Shown in pieces: positions 1 through 10,027 of a stretch of 43,960 nucleotides of DNA. Every line of letters begins with the position of its first letter. Positions within the stretch are counted from its first letter, which is position 1. The notes below the pieces were generated by a model. It saw only the letters and a list, made by a program, of their open reading frames with translations, searched no databases and was not told the DNA's origin. The translations under genes and the position numbers were made by a program. The DNA is from a virus (taxonomy: Duplodnaviria > Caudoviricetes). Location of the stretch: IMG/VR virus record IMGVR_UViG_3300022671_000006, positions 1 through 43,960 of that record. One strand, 5' to 3'.

Positions 1-72
1 TTCATACGAAGACCGCGCCGGAAGGGTCATCAACACTTCCCGGTAATTCTCGCCACCCTCCAAAGTCCATCG
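1..72. repeat. 72-bp terminal direct repeat, left copy (circular contig overlap)
   Basis: 1-72 is identical to 43889-43960 (TTCATACGAAGACC...AAAGTCCATCG). Confidence 0.97.
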
Positions 73-3000
73 TTTAAATTTGGTGGCGTCTTCTGTTACG
101 ACTTCCCCTTGCCGGTCGTTAATGTATTCATTTACAAACTCGGTTTCCCATTGCTGACGATCTTCTTCATCGTAAACCAAATCTTCGTCAGCTAAATAAA
201 CCTCCAAGGCTGCTTGCGCTTGCTCCACCGTGGCGTAAGCGTAAGGTTCTCCACTCCTTTCAAATCGAACATCCGCCAAATCATTTTCCAAATCTTCTTC
301 CGCAATCTCATCTTGTGGCACAATATATCCGGCTGTTTGGTAAGACAAATTATAACCGCCACCATCCATGCCTCTAATCATGGATCCGGTTTCATCTTCT
401 ATCCAATACTTCCCTTCGATCTCTTCCTCAAACAAAGGAAGTTTGACCATTTCCTTTTCTTCACGCCAAGACATTTGATCTTTAACGTGTTTAATTCCTC
501 CCGGTCCATCATTATAAAAGGCTTCGGAAGCCGCTTCATACGCGTCTTCAGTTAATTGGTCTTGGGTTATTTCGTCTGCATCCAGTTCCCGTTTTTCCCC
601 TTCCAAATTAATAAGGGTGTCAACACGAACTTGGTTCTTCTCTAGGAAGTCGATAACCTCTTGTTTCGTAACCGATTTCTTCCCGGCAAGCCACTCTTTA
701 AGGCCCGTCCATTCGACTTCTTCCGCCTTAATGCCCTGTTGATTGGTGAGCATTGAAAGCATTTGTTGGGCGGATCCCTTGTCTTGCGGGATGTTGTAAG
801 CCGCGTTTATGAGCGTGGAATAATAAGGCGACTTCTGAAACATTTGTTGGGTCTGGAAGAGAACGTCTTGCCCGGACGCCGCCAACTCGCCTCTAAATTC
901 AGATATAGCCCGCGCTTGTGCTGCCCGATCGTTAGCTTTGTACCTTCTAAAAGGAATCCCGCGGCGGGTCAATACGTCCACCACTTTCTGATCGGCGTCT
1001 TCTGGAATAACCGCGCCGGCGAACTCTTCAAGAGCCACCGCCCGCTGCGGCTTGGCTTCAAAATACGGAACGGGCGCGGCCAACAAGGCTTCGCCGGCCT
1101 CCACCCCTTCATCGATTAGGTGTGGCGGGACATTCTTAAAATCGTTTTGTTCGAGCGCGGCGGCAAGCGCTTCAGGGGTCATCCCTCGTTTAGCAGCTTG
1201 CGCAAGAGACTTCATCGAGTCATCCAACGCCGACCACGTATCGGAATAATCGTAGTATTCGATCACGCCATTTCGCCACTCTTGAAGCAGCGCCTTGGCT
1301 TCTGCGCGAGCGGCCTCGATATTCTCCGGCCCTTCAATGTTGTCGGCAAAGCGGCGCATTTCTTCAATATCTGCAAATTGCTCTGCGGCCGCGGCCCGCG
1401 CCGGCCCCTCACCGAAGGCAAGAGTCTCTTCTTGCCCCTGCACGGTGGAACGCGTCATTTCACGCACAATCGTTTTGAGGTCATAAGGCCGCTTCTTGCC
1501 ACCCACGGTAAGGAAAGGATCTCCGTACAACGGGACAATCTGCTCTTCAACCCATTCCCGGTATCTTTTTTCGTGGCCTTTCAGCTTCTCATCAACCGAT
1601 TCCCGCACCGCCGCAAGATTGATTTCTGTTTGTCCATAGGAAAATTGGTCATCTTCGATCTGCGCACTCGACGCAAAAGTAACTTCGTCACCGTCGAACA
1701 TTTGCCGAATAGCGGATTCAACGAGAATATCTTTGGCATCTTTATCCTCGCCCTTGTAGTGGTCATTAACCGCAGCGCGAACCGCCTTAGCCAACGCCGC
1801 CTTAAATTCCTTGTCGTCTAAATCGACTCGCGTCTCACCCGCTTTGCGGAACTTCTTGAACACCGCTCGCACTTTTGGATGGAAAGCCACCGGATTCCGA
1901 GGGGCCACGTCTTGAATGACGGTATCCACATCAATCCCCAACTCTTCTTTCAAAAACATGCCTTTAAAAGATTCGTCGTAAATCGCCTCATTTACCAATC
2001 TATCCGGCGACGGATTCGTGGCATCCCTCATTTCTTGTTGAATTATCCCCAAAATACTGTTATTACGTGAAAGCTTCTCCGCGTAAGGTCGCAGCCGCTC
2101 CACCAATTTACTGACAACGCCGACCTTAACCTTCTTATATTCAGCTTTAGGAAACGTCGAGGTGTACGCATCGGCGTCAAAAACCGGCTCTTTCTCCGGA
2201 TCCGCTAAATCTTTTTTACCGATCAAAGTTACGTCACCATAGGCACCCAACGTCTTGTCTTCTGGCAGCACCGCAATAGACGGAGCCGCCAACCCCCCAA
2301 GACGATCGGCAAATAAAAGGTTATCTGAAGTAAGCCCGTGAAGGGCAGAAAGGTTACGCCGCCGCTCTTCTTGCGTTAAAGTCTGCGCTCCGGGTGTCCC
2401 TTCGACGAACTCGCCACCCACTTCCAAGCGCGGCGCGATCGTATCGAACCATTCTTGCGTAGTTTGGCCGGTCTGCCGGCTCACCACTTTGGCGCGGGCA
2501 AGGTAAAGAGAAAGCGCGGTATCGGCATCGGCCGCGGTGTACCCGGCGCCGCCCTCTTCTTTCGGCGCCATAAGCTTTTCACGCATAGCAAGGAACTGCT
2601 TAGGCAGCTTCTCATTCTCGATAAACTCGCGCATTTCCGCTTCGGTGCGTCTCACATCTTGCAAAAGCTCTTGGCGTTTCGCCTCTTGCTCGTTAAGGGT
2701 GGCCCCATCCGGATCAAAACGCATATCCCCGCGAATAGCCAAAGACAAAGGTGTGCCAGAATAACGCGTCGCCCACGCGGCTTTGAGAATTTCCACCTCT
2801 TTACCGGAAAGCTCCGCTTCGGCAATTTGGTCTTCAATCTGTAAATCTTTAGCAAGCTTCGCCAATTCCTTCTCATCGTTCTGGAAAAAGGTCTTAAATT
2901 TTTCCCACGCAACGCTGAAAGTGCGTCGCTCTTGCGCGGCCGCAAGGCTCGCATCAATATGGCCTTCCAGTTTGTCCGGTGCGCGGTCTTTAAGCTTGGA

Positions 3001-4251
3001 TTCTTCGGTCAACTTGGCCAACCGATCCCACGCCTCCACATCCCGATCAAGCTGCTTCTTTTGCGCGGCGTGCTTCACAATCCCCGCACCGCCGCCGAGA
3101 ATAGCGAAAGGGGCCACAACCGCGCCGGCGTACAACCCGGATTTAAACGTCTCCGGCAAATCGGTTAGAAATTGGTCAGCCATTTGGCCGAACGATTGAC
3201 CCTGACCGCGGCCATAGATTTGAGCCATAGACTCAGGAAACTCTTGCAAGAACTCGGTAAAAGACTCCACACCGATCGCTTGGATGGCCCCTTTCAACGC
3301 GGTCTTAAACCCGCGCTGCGTTCCAAAAAGTTTGAAAAACTTGCTTATTCCGACCGCTTCCAAGCCGCCTTGCGCCACCGCATTAAACCCGGCAGCGACC
3401 GCCGCCCGATCTTTGTCCACCCCTTGCTTCACAAGCTCATCATAAGTGGATCCGAAAATAAATTGCCCCATAAAAAGAGCGCCACCGGCCGGCGATCCCG
3501 TGGCAAGCGAAGCTCCGATTGTGCCGGCGATCTGCGGCGCGATTCCAATAGCGTCCAAGAAATACTGCTCCGCCCCGCCCAACCGCGGCAACTCTTCATT
3601 TTGCAGCATATCTGCATCTTTAAGGCCACCGATCCATTCACTCAATGCTTCGGAGCGTTCTTTCCCAAGCATCCTGAAAAAGTTGGTCGTGGCAAAGCTG
3701 CCGGGGATTGGAAGCCCCGTAGGGGAAAACGGTTTTTCGGCCTCCCCGGCATAGTAGTCCACAAGGAACTGAAGGCTCGTAATAGCCGCATCGGCCGTCC
3801 TTTTCGATTCTTCCTTCAGTGTGAGTCCGGCTTTTGTGGCAAAAGATGATTGATAGTATTTGTGAATTCTCTCAATATCTTCGAGGTTAGGAATATCATC
3901 CTTGGCAAGTTTGGCGTTTTCCGAGTCGGATAAAAACCGGGCTGTTACCGGCGAGTCGTTGATGAGTCTTTCGGGGCCGACGGACATGAGGGGAAGATTC
4001 TTTTCCACCTCCGGTAGATTGCGCTCCACCATATTAGGATCCATACCTGTATCCTTTGCAATCTTCCGCGATTTAGCAAAAGTGTCGGGGGTGGAATCTC
4101 GCGAATTTTGAAGGGAGGTGCGTAGCTGTGTCCTACTTTCCGCTTTATCTTCGGCAAGAATAGTGGCATAGATGTTTTCTTCTTTCGGGTTAACCGCCGG
4201 CGAAGTTTCTTTTAGCCTTTCTTCCGCAAGGATTTCATCATAAATGCTCAT
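1..4251 (-). CDS. N-terminal 1417 codons of a giant (~3022 aa) polyvalent internal virion/ejection protein, continuing across the junction into 43888-39071
   Basis: ATG at 4251 overlaps the TGA of the upstream gene (ATGA). Manual translation (MSIYDEILAEERLKE...) shows no stop down to base 1 and is in frame with ORF 39071..43951 after removing the overlap. Contains an LPD22-like N-terminus, Gly/Ala-rich hydrophobic segments and YFEAKPQRAV and EWTGLKEWL motifs. Confidence 0.9.
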   Translation of the reverse strand, partial: MSIYDEILAEERLKETSPAVNPKEENIYATILAEDKAESRTQLRTSLQNSRDSTPDTFAKSRKIAKDTGMDPNMVERNLPEVEKNLPLMSVGPERLINDSPVTARFLSDSENAKLAKDDIPNLEDIERIHKYYQSSFATKAGLTLKEESKRTADAAITSLQFLVDYYAGEAEKPFSPTGLPIPGSFATTNFFRMLGKERSEALSEWIGGLKDADMLQNEELPRLGGAEQYFLDAIGIAPQIAGTIGASLATGSPAGGALFMGQFIFGSTYDELVKQGVDKDRAAVAAGFNAVAQGGLEAVGISKFFKLFGTQRGFKTALKGAIQAIGVESFTEFLQEFPESMAQIYGRGQGQSFGQMADQFLTDLPETFKSGLYAGAVVAPFAILGGGAGIVKHAAQKKQLDRDVEAWDRLAKLTEESKLKDRAPDKLEGHIDASLAAAQERRTFSVAWEKFKTFFQNDEKELAKLAKDLQIEDQIAEAELSGKEVEILKAAWATRYSGTPLSLAIRGDMRFDPDGATLNEQEAKRQELLQDVRRTEAEMREFIENEKLPKQFLAMREKLMAPKEEGGAGYTAADADTALSLYLARAKVVSRQTGQTTQEWFDTIAPRLEVGGEFVEGTPGAQTLTQEERRRNLSALHGLTSDNLLFADRLGGLAAPSIAVLPEDKTLGAYGDVTLIGKKDLADPEKEPVFDADAYTSTFPKAEYKKVKVGVVSKLVERLRPYAEKLSRNNSILGIIQQEMRDATNPSPDRLVNEAIYDESFKGMFLKEELGIDVDTVIQDVAPRNPVAFHPKVRAVFKKFRKAGETRVDLDDKEFKAALAKAVRAAVNDHYKGEDKDAKDILVESAIRQMFDGDEVTFASSAQIEDDQFSYGQTEINLAAVRESVDEKLKGHEKRYREWVEEQIVPLYGDPFLTVGGKKRPYDLKTIVREMTRSTVQGQEETLAFGEGPARAAAAEQFADIEEMRRFADNIEGPENIEAARAEAKALLQEWRNGVIEYYDYSDTWSALDDSMKSLAQAAKRGMTPEALAAALEQNDFKNVPPHLIDEGVEAGEALLAAPVPYFEAKPQRAVALEEFAGAVIPEDADQKVVDVLTRRGIPFRRYKANDRAAQARAISEFRGELAASGQDVLFQTQQMFQKSPYYSTLINAAYNIPQDKGSAQQMLSMLTNQQGIKAEEVEWTGLKEWLAGKKSVTKQEVIDFLEKNQVRVDTLINLEGEKRELDADEITQDQLTEDAYEAASEAFYNDGPGGIKHVKDQMSWREEKEMVKLPLFEEEIEGKYWIEDETGSMIRGMDGGGYNLSYQTAGYIVPQDEIAEEDLENDLADVRFERSGEPYAYATVEQAQAALEVYLADEDLVYDEEDRQQWETEFVNEYINDRQGEVVTEDATKFKRWTLEGGENYREVLMTLPARSSYE

Positions 4252-5933
4252 TTACGCCCCCGGAGAAGTTTCTTCGTGTATAAGTCCCGAATAGCTTTAT
4301 TCGTGACCGGCGTCCCATCCGCCTCCAATGCAGCGATGATTGCCTTCGATTCTGAAGGCGGAACTTTAAACACCTCAAACGTTTCCAGATCCTCCGGAGA
4401 CAATTCATAAAGCCGCTTATTTGGATCCCAAAGCGTCCCGTCGATTTCCCCTTCAATCAAAAGCTCATCTGCAATTTTTTCTCTCTCCGTCGGCCGCGCC
4501 TTCCGCCCTTCAATAGCTTCAAAATTTTCCAATTCAATTTGAAACCGCCGGCGGAAAAGTTCGGATTTGGTTTTGTTCTTATCACTCGCATCTTTACCGA
4601 GATCAACCCCGATACCTTCCAATTTGGTGTTAACCATTTGATTCGTACTTTGAACACTGGTAAAGCTTTGATCGGGTTCCTGTCCAAGCTGAAGTTTCCG
4701 GTAACGCTCAAAAAGCGGATTCCATCGCTTCTCTTCCATGCTACTCATGTACCCAATCATTTCGCCAATAGGGATCTCTTTAAATTGTGGATCCGGCATA
4801 ACACTGAGCCGCGACCAAAGGTTCATATCAGTGGAGGTTCGGAAGCCGGCTTTCTTCTGCAAGAAATTAGACCGGTATTTTTCCATCGCACTCCATTGAT
4901 CGTTCCGGAGCCGCGGGTAAGGAATCTCATAAAGAGTAGGGTTCTGCACCAAATTCTTCCACTCCGCGTCGAAGTAAGCATTTTCCTTCGCGGTCTTTGC
5001 GGCGGTCTTATCAGCGTAGCGCTGCTTCACTTTCGCCCGCACCGCGCTGCCAATAGACGAATCTTCAATTTTATCCGCGGCCTCTAATTGCGCTTCAAGA
5101 GACATACCGGAATTTGAAATCCGGATCGCGGTTTGGCGGATAACATCTTCCTCTGCTTTCTTTTCTAAGGTGGGTTTAATCGCCGCAAATACCGCCGGAT
5201 CGAAGAGATCAGGATTGGAAAATCGTTTTTCATTCCTCTTAAAATAATTCCACGCCGCGCTTGGTGAGTCGGACATAAGGCCATCCATAACACTCGTATG
5301 CAAAAGAGTTCTCGCCTTCTTAGCCATTTCGTCAGCTATCACGCCCTCATAGCCGCGATACTTGGCGTTGGTATTCTGCACGATGGTAAATTCAGATTCA
5401 CCAATCGCCCGCGCATCGTACCGATTCACAACCGCGTTATCAATCGCGTTCTTATTCTCCGCGTCGAGTGTGTCAACCCGGTACTTCTCCATCTGCGTGG
5501 CTTCGTGGCCGATAAGCTTGTTATCATAGCCGCGAGCCAAACGGTCAAAACTCGCGTTAAACATGTCCAACTGCTCTTGCGTCTTTAAATTTTTGGAATA
5601 CTTTTTCCGGATCTTCTCTGCTTCAACTTGGCCCCTACCATACACCCCATCGGCAGCGCCCCCTTGCAACTGATAAAAAGGTGTCAATGTTTTCCGCATC
5701 GCCTCATCGGCTTGGTTATAAACATCTCGAACTTCGGTCTTCTCTTTCTCTCTGCGAAGCCGCTGCCCTTCGCGGGTTATGGCCGCGCCAAGGCGAAACG
5801 CAGAATCTCCGACGGATTGAACATCTTGCGCGTTACCGGCGCCAAAAGAAGCCCCGGTGGCCCTCACATTGGAGCGGGTATCCGGCAACGCCGCCGGTGC
5901 TACGGATCGTTCATAAATAGGTATCTTAGGCAT
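4248..5933 (-). CDS. internal virion (ejection) protein, positional equivalent of T7 gp15
   Basis: 561 aa, helical, MPKIPIY start; lies between the small Met-Cys internal protein and the giant protein. Confidence 0.75.
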   Translation of the reverse strand: MPKIPIYERSVAPAALPDTRSNVRATGASFGAGNAQDVQSVGDSAFRLGAAITREGQRLRREKEKTEVRDVYNQADEAMRKTLTPFYQLQGGAADGVYGRGQVEAEKIRKKYSKNLKTQEQLDMFNASFDRLARGYDNKLIGHEATQMEKYRVDTLDAENKNAIDNAVVNRYDARAIGESEFTIVQNTNAKYRGYEGVIADEMAKKARTLLHTSVMDGLMSDSPSAAWNYFKRNEKRFSNPDLFDPAVFAAIKPTLEKKAEEDVIRQTAIRISNSGMSLEAQLEAADKIEDSSIGSAVRAKVKQRYADKTAAKTAKENAYFDAEWKNLVQNPTLYEIPYPRLRNDQWSAMEKYRSNFLQKKAGFRTSTDMNLWSRLSVMPDPQFKEIPIGEMIGYMSSMEEKRWNPLFERYRKLQLGQEPDQSFTSVQSTNQMVNTKLEGIGVDLGKDASDKNKTKSELFRRRFQIELENFEAIEGRKARPTEREKIADELLIEGEIDGTLWDPNKRLYELSPEDLETFEVFKVPPSESKAIIAALEADGTPVTNKAIRDLYTKKLLRGRK

Positions 5934-5943
5934 ATTCCGCTCC

Positions 5944-6480
5944 TTAATCGGGTTTAGGCGTTGTACGTCTAGGAGTACGTCTTCCAGACGTGGCTAATAT
6001 GCTTCCAAAGCTACTGCCACCCCCTAAAAGACTCACAACCGCACGCCGACCGGGGCTGCGCTTGCTCATCCGCGCTAACCGAGCTTCACTTTTAAATTGC
6101 TCTGCTTCAGTTTCATATCCATAAGCCTCCAACGCCGCATTGTGCCGAACGGTTAAAGCGTCCATTTCGTTCAGCGCGGCAGTGTCTTGCAAAACATCAA
6201 GCGTAGACCCACTATCCACCAAAACGCCAGAAGCCGCCGAGGCCACGCGTTGTTTCCCTAACAACCGCCGACCTTTAATCCGAGCTTCGTATTCGGCCAA
6301 TTCTCCGCGGGCGGTCGCGTCTTCCGCTAACTTCTCCGATACCACCGCATTCTGCTCCGCAATTTGAGCGTTATAGTCGAGTGCTTTATTATTAGCTTTC
6401 GTTTCTTGATACGTACCGTAAGCACTCGCAGCCATTCCGGCTGCCATTATTGCGTATCCGGCTGCCACGGGATTACACAT
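5944..6480 (-). CDS. small internal virion protein (T7 gp14-like)
   Basis: MCNPVAAG start, hydrophobic Ala/Gly N-terminus, AASGVLVDSGS motif typical of this family, synteny. Confidence 0.8.
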   Translation of the reverse strand: MCNPVAAGYAIMAAGMAASAYGTYQETKANNKALDYNAQIAEQNAVVSEKLAEDATARGELAEYEARIKGRRLLGKQRVASAASGVLVDSGSTLDVLQDTAALNEMDALTVRHNAALEAYGYETEAEQFKSEARLARMSKRSPGRRAVVSLLGGGSSFGSILATSGRRTPRRTTPKPD

Positions 6481-6481
6481 A

Positions 6482-6958
6482 TTAAACGCCCTCCTTTTTC
6501 ATCCAAAATCTTCTAAACATCGCGCCCTCCGGGCCATAAGGCGCCGGATCGTCTAACTCAAATCCACACCATTTTAGCCAATTTATCGAAACTTTATTTG
6601 TTGCGTGCGTCCAGTTTTCCAACATATCGAAATGATAAGCCATCTGTCCGATATATTCCTTACTTTCTCGGAGGATCCCCATTTTAATCTTCTCCACCCC
6701 ATCCGTTCCGAGCATCCACGGGGCGCCCTTTAAGTGCAGTTGACTTTTGGCCCCGACCCCAAAACAAAAAACCGGCTCACCTTTTACTAAACCCGTCCAA
6801 GACAGAAACGACTTTTGCCACGACTCGCGAAGCGCTTTCGCGCCACATATATGATGTGAGTCCCAAACTTCCCTCACATCCGCTTCCCTCAGCCTGTCCT
6901 TTATGGCATCGATATGCGCCTTCGTCGTTTTAACAACGGTAACACTATCGCGTGCCAT
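6482..6958 (-). CDS. GNAT-fold protein (T7 gp13/DUF2833-like)
   Basis: LREADVREV, PWMLGT and NKVSINWLKWCGF (GNAT motif B-like). Start re-called at ATG 6958 (MARDSV), overlapping the tail tubular B stop. Confidence 0.82.
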   Translation of the reverse strand: MARDSVTVVKTTKAHIDAIKDRLREADVREVWDSHHICGAKALRESWQKSFLSWTGLVKGEPVFCFGVGAKSQLHLKGAPWMLGTDGVEKIKMGILRESKEYIGQMAYHFDMLENWTHATNKVSINWLKWCGFELDDPAPYGPEGAMFRRFWMKKEGV

Positions 6959-9428
6959 GCTCCATCCTTGCAATAATCGCTGAAACTGTAATCGGAACGG
7001 GATGCGTATTTCGCACAATCAGCCCACTTGTACGCGGCGCCCCGGCCAAAATACTAACCTCCTTATCACCCGTGAAAAGAGCAATAGGATCCCCATACCG
7101 CTCCGTATCCCGAAACGGGACTTTCACTAAATGGTCTTCATCCGGCCCAACCTCCAAAACCCGCGAATCCTCAAGCTGCACCAAAACCGATTTAATCTCA
7201 CGCAATCGATCTTGCGTAGTGCCATCCTCGACAGGATAAACGAAGTCCAGAAGTTCCATTTCAGCCTCATACCCAAGGCCGGCATGGATCCGCGACGCGG
7301 GGTGATCCAACGTGAAACTTCCATCTACAACCGTCTTCCCGGTAACCTCATTTCCATTCGCCAATATCGTAATCGGCATCCCTTCTAAATGTCTGAACCC
7401 GGAAAGAGTCGTGACCGTTTTACGAGCGTTGCCGCCTTCAATATACTCGGTGTAATTGGTTCCGTCCACGTTCCCACCGGCTTCCATTTGCAATTCAAAT
7501 GTATTGGTGGTGGTGCCGCCCACTTTATACCGGTTCAAATTAAGTTCGGTCATTCCTGTTACGTCGGAAATGTCCACCAAATCCCCCGTCGTTAACCCGT
7601 GCGCCGCACACGTTATGACAACCGGATTGGCTTGCGTCGCACCCGTGATAGGAAGCGGTACGTCATACGACAACCCGCAATCCACAAAATATGAATCGCG
7701 CACATCTTCCGTAGGAAGCCGATTTCTAAATCGTTCTATGTAGCGTCTCTGCACTCCATCGACAAACCTCCGCACGATAAACCACGTTTCATCAACACCT
7801 TCATCGACGGTAATGTTGGCCACCGACTCAAACCACCCATCTGTTTCGTGTTGATGCCACCCCCACACCTCATGCTCACGATAATAGGTTAGCCCTAAAA
7901 GAGTGCCATCGCTCCGCACCACCCAAATGATTGAATCCGGGGCTTGCTGATAAGCCCATTCTTTTATGGTGTGTTCTTTGAATAAATGAGTGGCGAGAAT
8001 GGTGAGGCTGTTTCCGGCGTAACCGTCGATCTCGAAAGAATACAGAAGGTCGCGCACTGATTTGTTAGATCCCTCAATAAAGAGAACCGTGTTCCCGATA
8101 ACAAGCGGCTGAATGTGCGACACACCCCATTGGCTTTGCCGCTTCATATTCACGTTGGTCGGTGTCACCGCGCTTTCCCCACCGCCGGTCATTCTCCATT
8201 CCGCGCCCGCGGTTCCGACAATCAGCGTCTCAAGCGGCACCATCCACCGAATTTCGTTCACTCTCCGGGCGTTGATCGTGAACTCGTAAGAATCATCTTC
8301 TTGAACCGGATAAGACACGTCCATATTTTCAAAGTTTCCGGTCTTCGATCCCCACAAGGTTTGCGGGGCATTATTGGTTCTCGCAAACAAAAGCCGCTGC
8401 TCAAAAAATGTAGAAACGCCGGGGTAATTATCAGCCCCCGAAAAAGGGTTTGTGGCTTGCGGCGGCGACTTCGTATAATCCGCGGTGACGCCGGCCGCGT
8501 CTTCCGTATAACTGGCGTTGATCGCTCGACCAATCCACCCGTAATAACCGGTACCTTTCACCCCTTTATAAACGTTATAAAAATCCACTCCGGCCGGCGG
8601 CGTCCAAGTCCACGTATCCCCCGGCCCGTTGTTAGTCGAAACGTTGCTAATAACAGACTCTTCTCCGTTGTCGCTAACCGCTGTCACACAATAATCGTGA
8701 CCGGTTCCTGACCCTGAAGACCTTGAAAATCCTGTTGGCGCGGCTTGTGCTGACGCAAAAGTGATAGTGCTGAGCGTCCAAGCGGTGTGGCCGGTGCGTG
8801 AAATCTTCCGCGGCGCGTAAGAAGGGTGAGTTACATAGAGAACATCCGCGCTCTGTTCAAACTTCAAAAGTTCTAAATCCGCCTCTACCCACGGTGTTGC
8901 AATCTCGTAAAGCGCTTCCGAAAAGCCACCCGAAACATACGTCCCTGAAGTCGCCCCTATCGCATAAGAGTTCGGCCCTGACGTAGCGCTAACACTGTGA
9001 TACCTGTCGTTTATCCCTGTTATTCCAACAACCCCGTATATGTAAACTGTATCACCCGGACTGACCCCGTGCGCGGTACAACTAACCCATGTTGTAGACC
9101 CTGATTGCGTCACATTTGTTATCGCTTTCGGCGTGTTCAATACCACACCACCGTCTTTATAAACACGCATGTATTGATCGCCAAATTCGAGAATGTAAGA
9201 TTGTTCAACGGAAAACTGGAAAGGAACAAGGCGAGATGTTTTGGAAGAGTCTTTTGTTTCACCAACAAATTCAGTTCCCCCACGGTTCGATGCCGGCCCA
9301 TGAGGCTTGATGATAAAGTTCTTCATCCGTTTTACTGCGGTGTCGTACTTCGCAAGTTCAGGCCGCGAATGAAGTGAGGGCGACCATTCGCCACCGGTAA
9401 AAGATGATTTCCTAACGCTTGCAACCAT
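6945..9428 (-). CDS. tail tubular protein B / nozzle (Bbp13-like)
   Basis: 827 aa; SFTGGEWSPSL, RGGTEFV, FFEQRLLFA and VWGWHQHETDG motifs; follows tail tubular A. Confidence 0.88.
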   Translation of the reverse strand: MVASVRKSSFTGGEWSPSLHSRPELAKYDTAVKRMKNFIIKPHGPASNRGGTEFVGETKDSSKTSRLVPFQFSVEQSYILEFGDQYMRVYKDGGVVLNTPKAITNVTQSGSTTWVSCTAHGVSPGDTVYIYGVVGITGINDRYHSVSATSGPNSYAIGATSGTYVSGGFSEALYEIATPWVEADLELLKFEQSADVLYVTHPSYAPRKISRTGHTAWTLSTITFASAQAAPTGFSRSSGSGTGHDYCVTAVSDNGEESVISNVSTNNGPGDTWTWTPPAGVDFYNVYKGVKGTGYYGWIGRAINASYTEDAAGVTADYTKSPPQATNPFSGADNYPGVSTFFEQRLLFARTNNAPQTLWGSKTGNFENMDVSYPVQEDDSYEFTINARRVNEIRWMVPLETLIVGTAGAEWRMTGGGESAVTPTNVNMKRQSQWGVSHIQPLVIGNTVLFIEGSNKSVRDLLYSFEIDGYAGNSLTILATHLFKEHTIKEWAYQQAPDSIIWVVRSDGTLLGLTYYREHEVWGWHQHETDGWFESVANITVDEGVDETWFIVRRFVDGVQRRYIERFRNRLPTEDVRDSYFVDCGLSYDVPLPITGATQANPVVITCAAHGLTTGDLVDISDVTGMTELNLNRYKVGGTTTNTFELQMEAGGNVDGTNYTEYIEGGNARKTVTTLSGFRHLEGMPITILANGNEVTGKTVVDGSFTLDHPASRIHAGLGYEAEMELLDFVYPVEDGTTQDRLREIKSVLVQLEDSRVLEVGPDEDHLVKVPFRDTERYGDPIALFTGDKEVSILAGAPRTSGLIVRNTHPVPITVSAIIARMEHGTR

Positions 9429-9436
9429 GTGGCCCC

Positions 9437-10027
9437 CTAATTTCGAGAATCAACAAACGCCCCTAAGCTATCATTCGGTGTGTAACCCTCATTAGATTGT
9501 TTCGTCTTCACTTTTCCAAGCTCCACGTCATAATCCTTTAACAGCATAACGCGCAACTCTGGCTTCGCACGAATGGTCTGCGCCAAATCAGACGCAAGTC
9601 TGAGCGCCAACGCTTGAATAAATTGATTGTCATAAAGGTTCACAACCGTAACCTTCATCGTGTAAATGAGTTCTGCTTCCGCCTGATCGGTCAAAATGAC
9701 GCGCTGCGATCCGGTAGAATCGGAAGCCACCTCGAAACGGATTTCCTCTGCGTCCCACCCGGCCGGATTGTAAATAACCCGCGGCGCCAAGCAATCGGTC
9801 GGCCACGCGTAAGCATACTCCCACCCGGAATACTCTTCAGTTAAAAGCGCCAAACTCAACCGCTTTCGGGCGAAGTTCCAATCGTGATCTTCTAAAACCG
9901 CATTTCGATCGATCTCGTAAAACCGCCGGCACTCGATCGCCTCTTTCGTTCCTTCCGTAAAAGACTCAATCGCTCTGCCACCAACGTGAGCCAACGCCAA
10001 ATTACAAATATCGATTTCACTCGCCAT
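9437..10027 (-). CDS. tail tubular protein A / head-tail adaptor
   Basis: MASEIDICNLAL, HDWNFARKR, YAYAWPTDCL and FIQALALRLA motifs. Confidence 0.85.
   Translation of the reverse strand: MASEIDICNLALAHVGGRAIESFTEGTKEAIECRRFYEIDRNAVLEDHDWNFARKRLSLALLTEEYSGWEYAYAWPTDCLAPRVIYNPAGWDAEEIRFEVASDSTGSQRVILTDQAEAELIYTMKVTVVNLYDNQFIQALALRLASDLAQTIRAKPELRVMLLKDYDVELGKVKTKQSNEGYTPNDSLGAFVDSRN

Noticed and set aside
214-3849. Plus-strand ORFs of 100-230 aa (e.g. 1120-1821, 3172-3849)
   Set aside because: Antisense shadows of the giant minus-strand gene; no RBS or recognisable motifs
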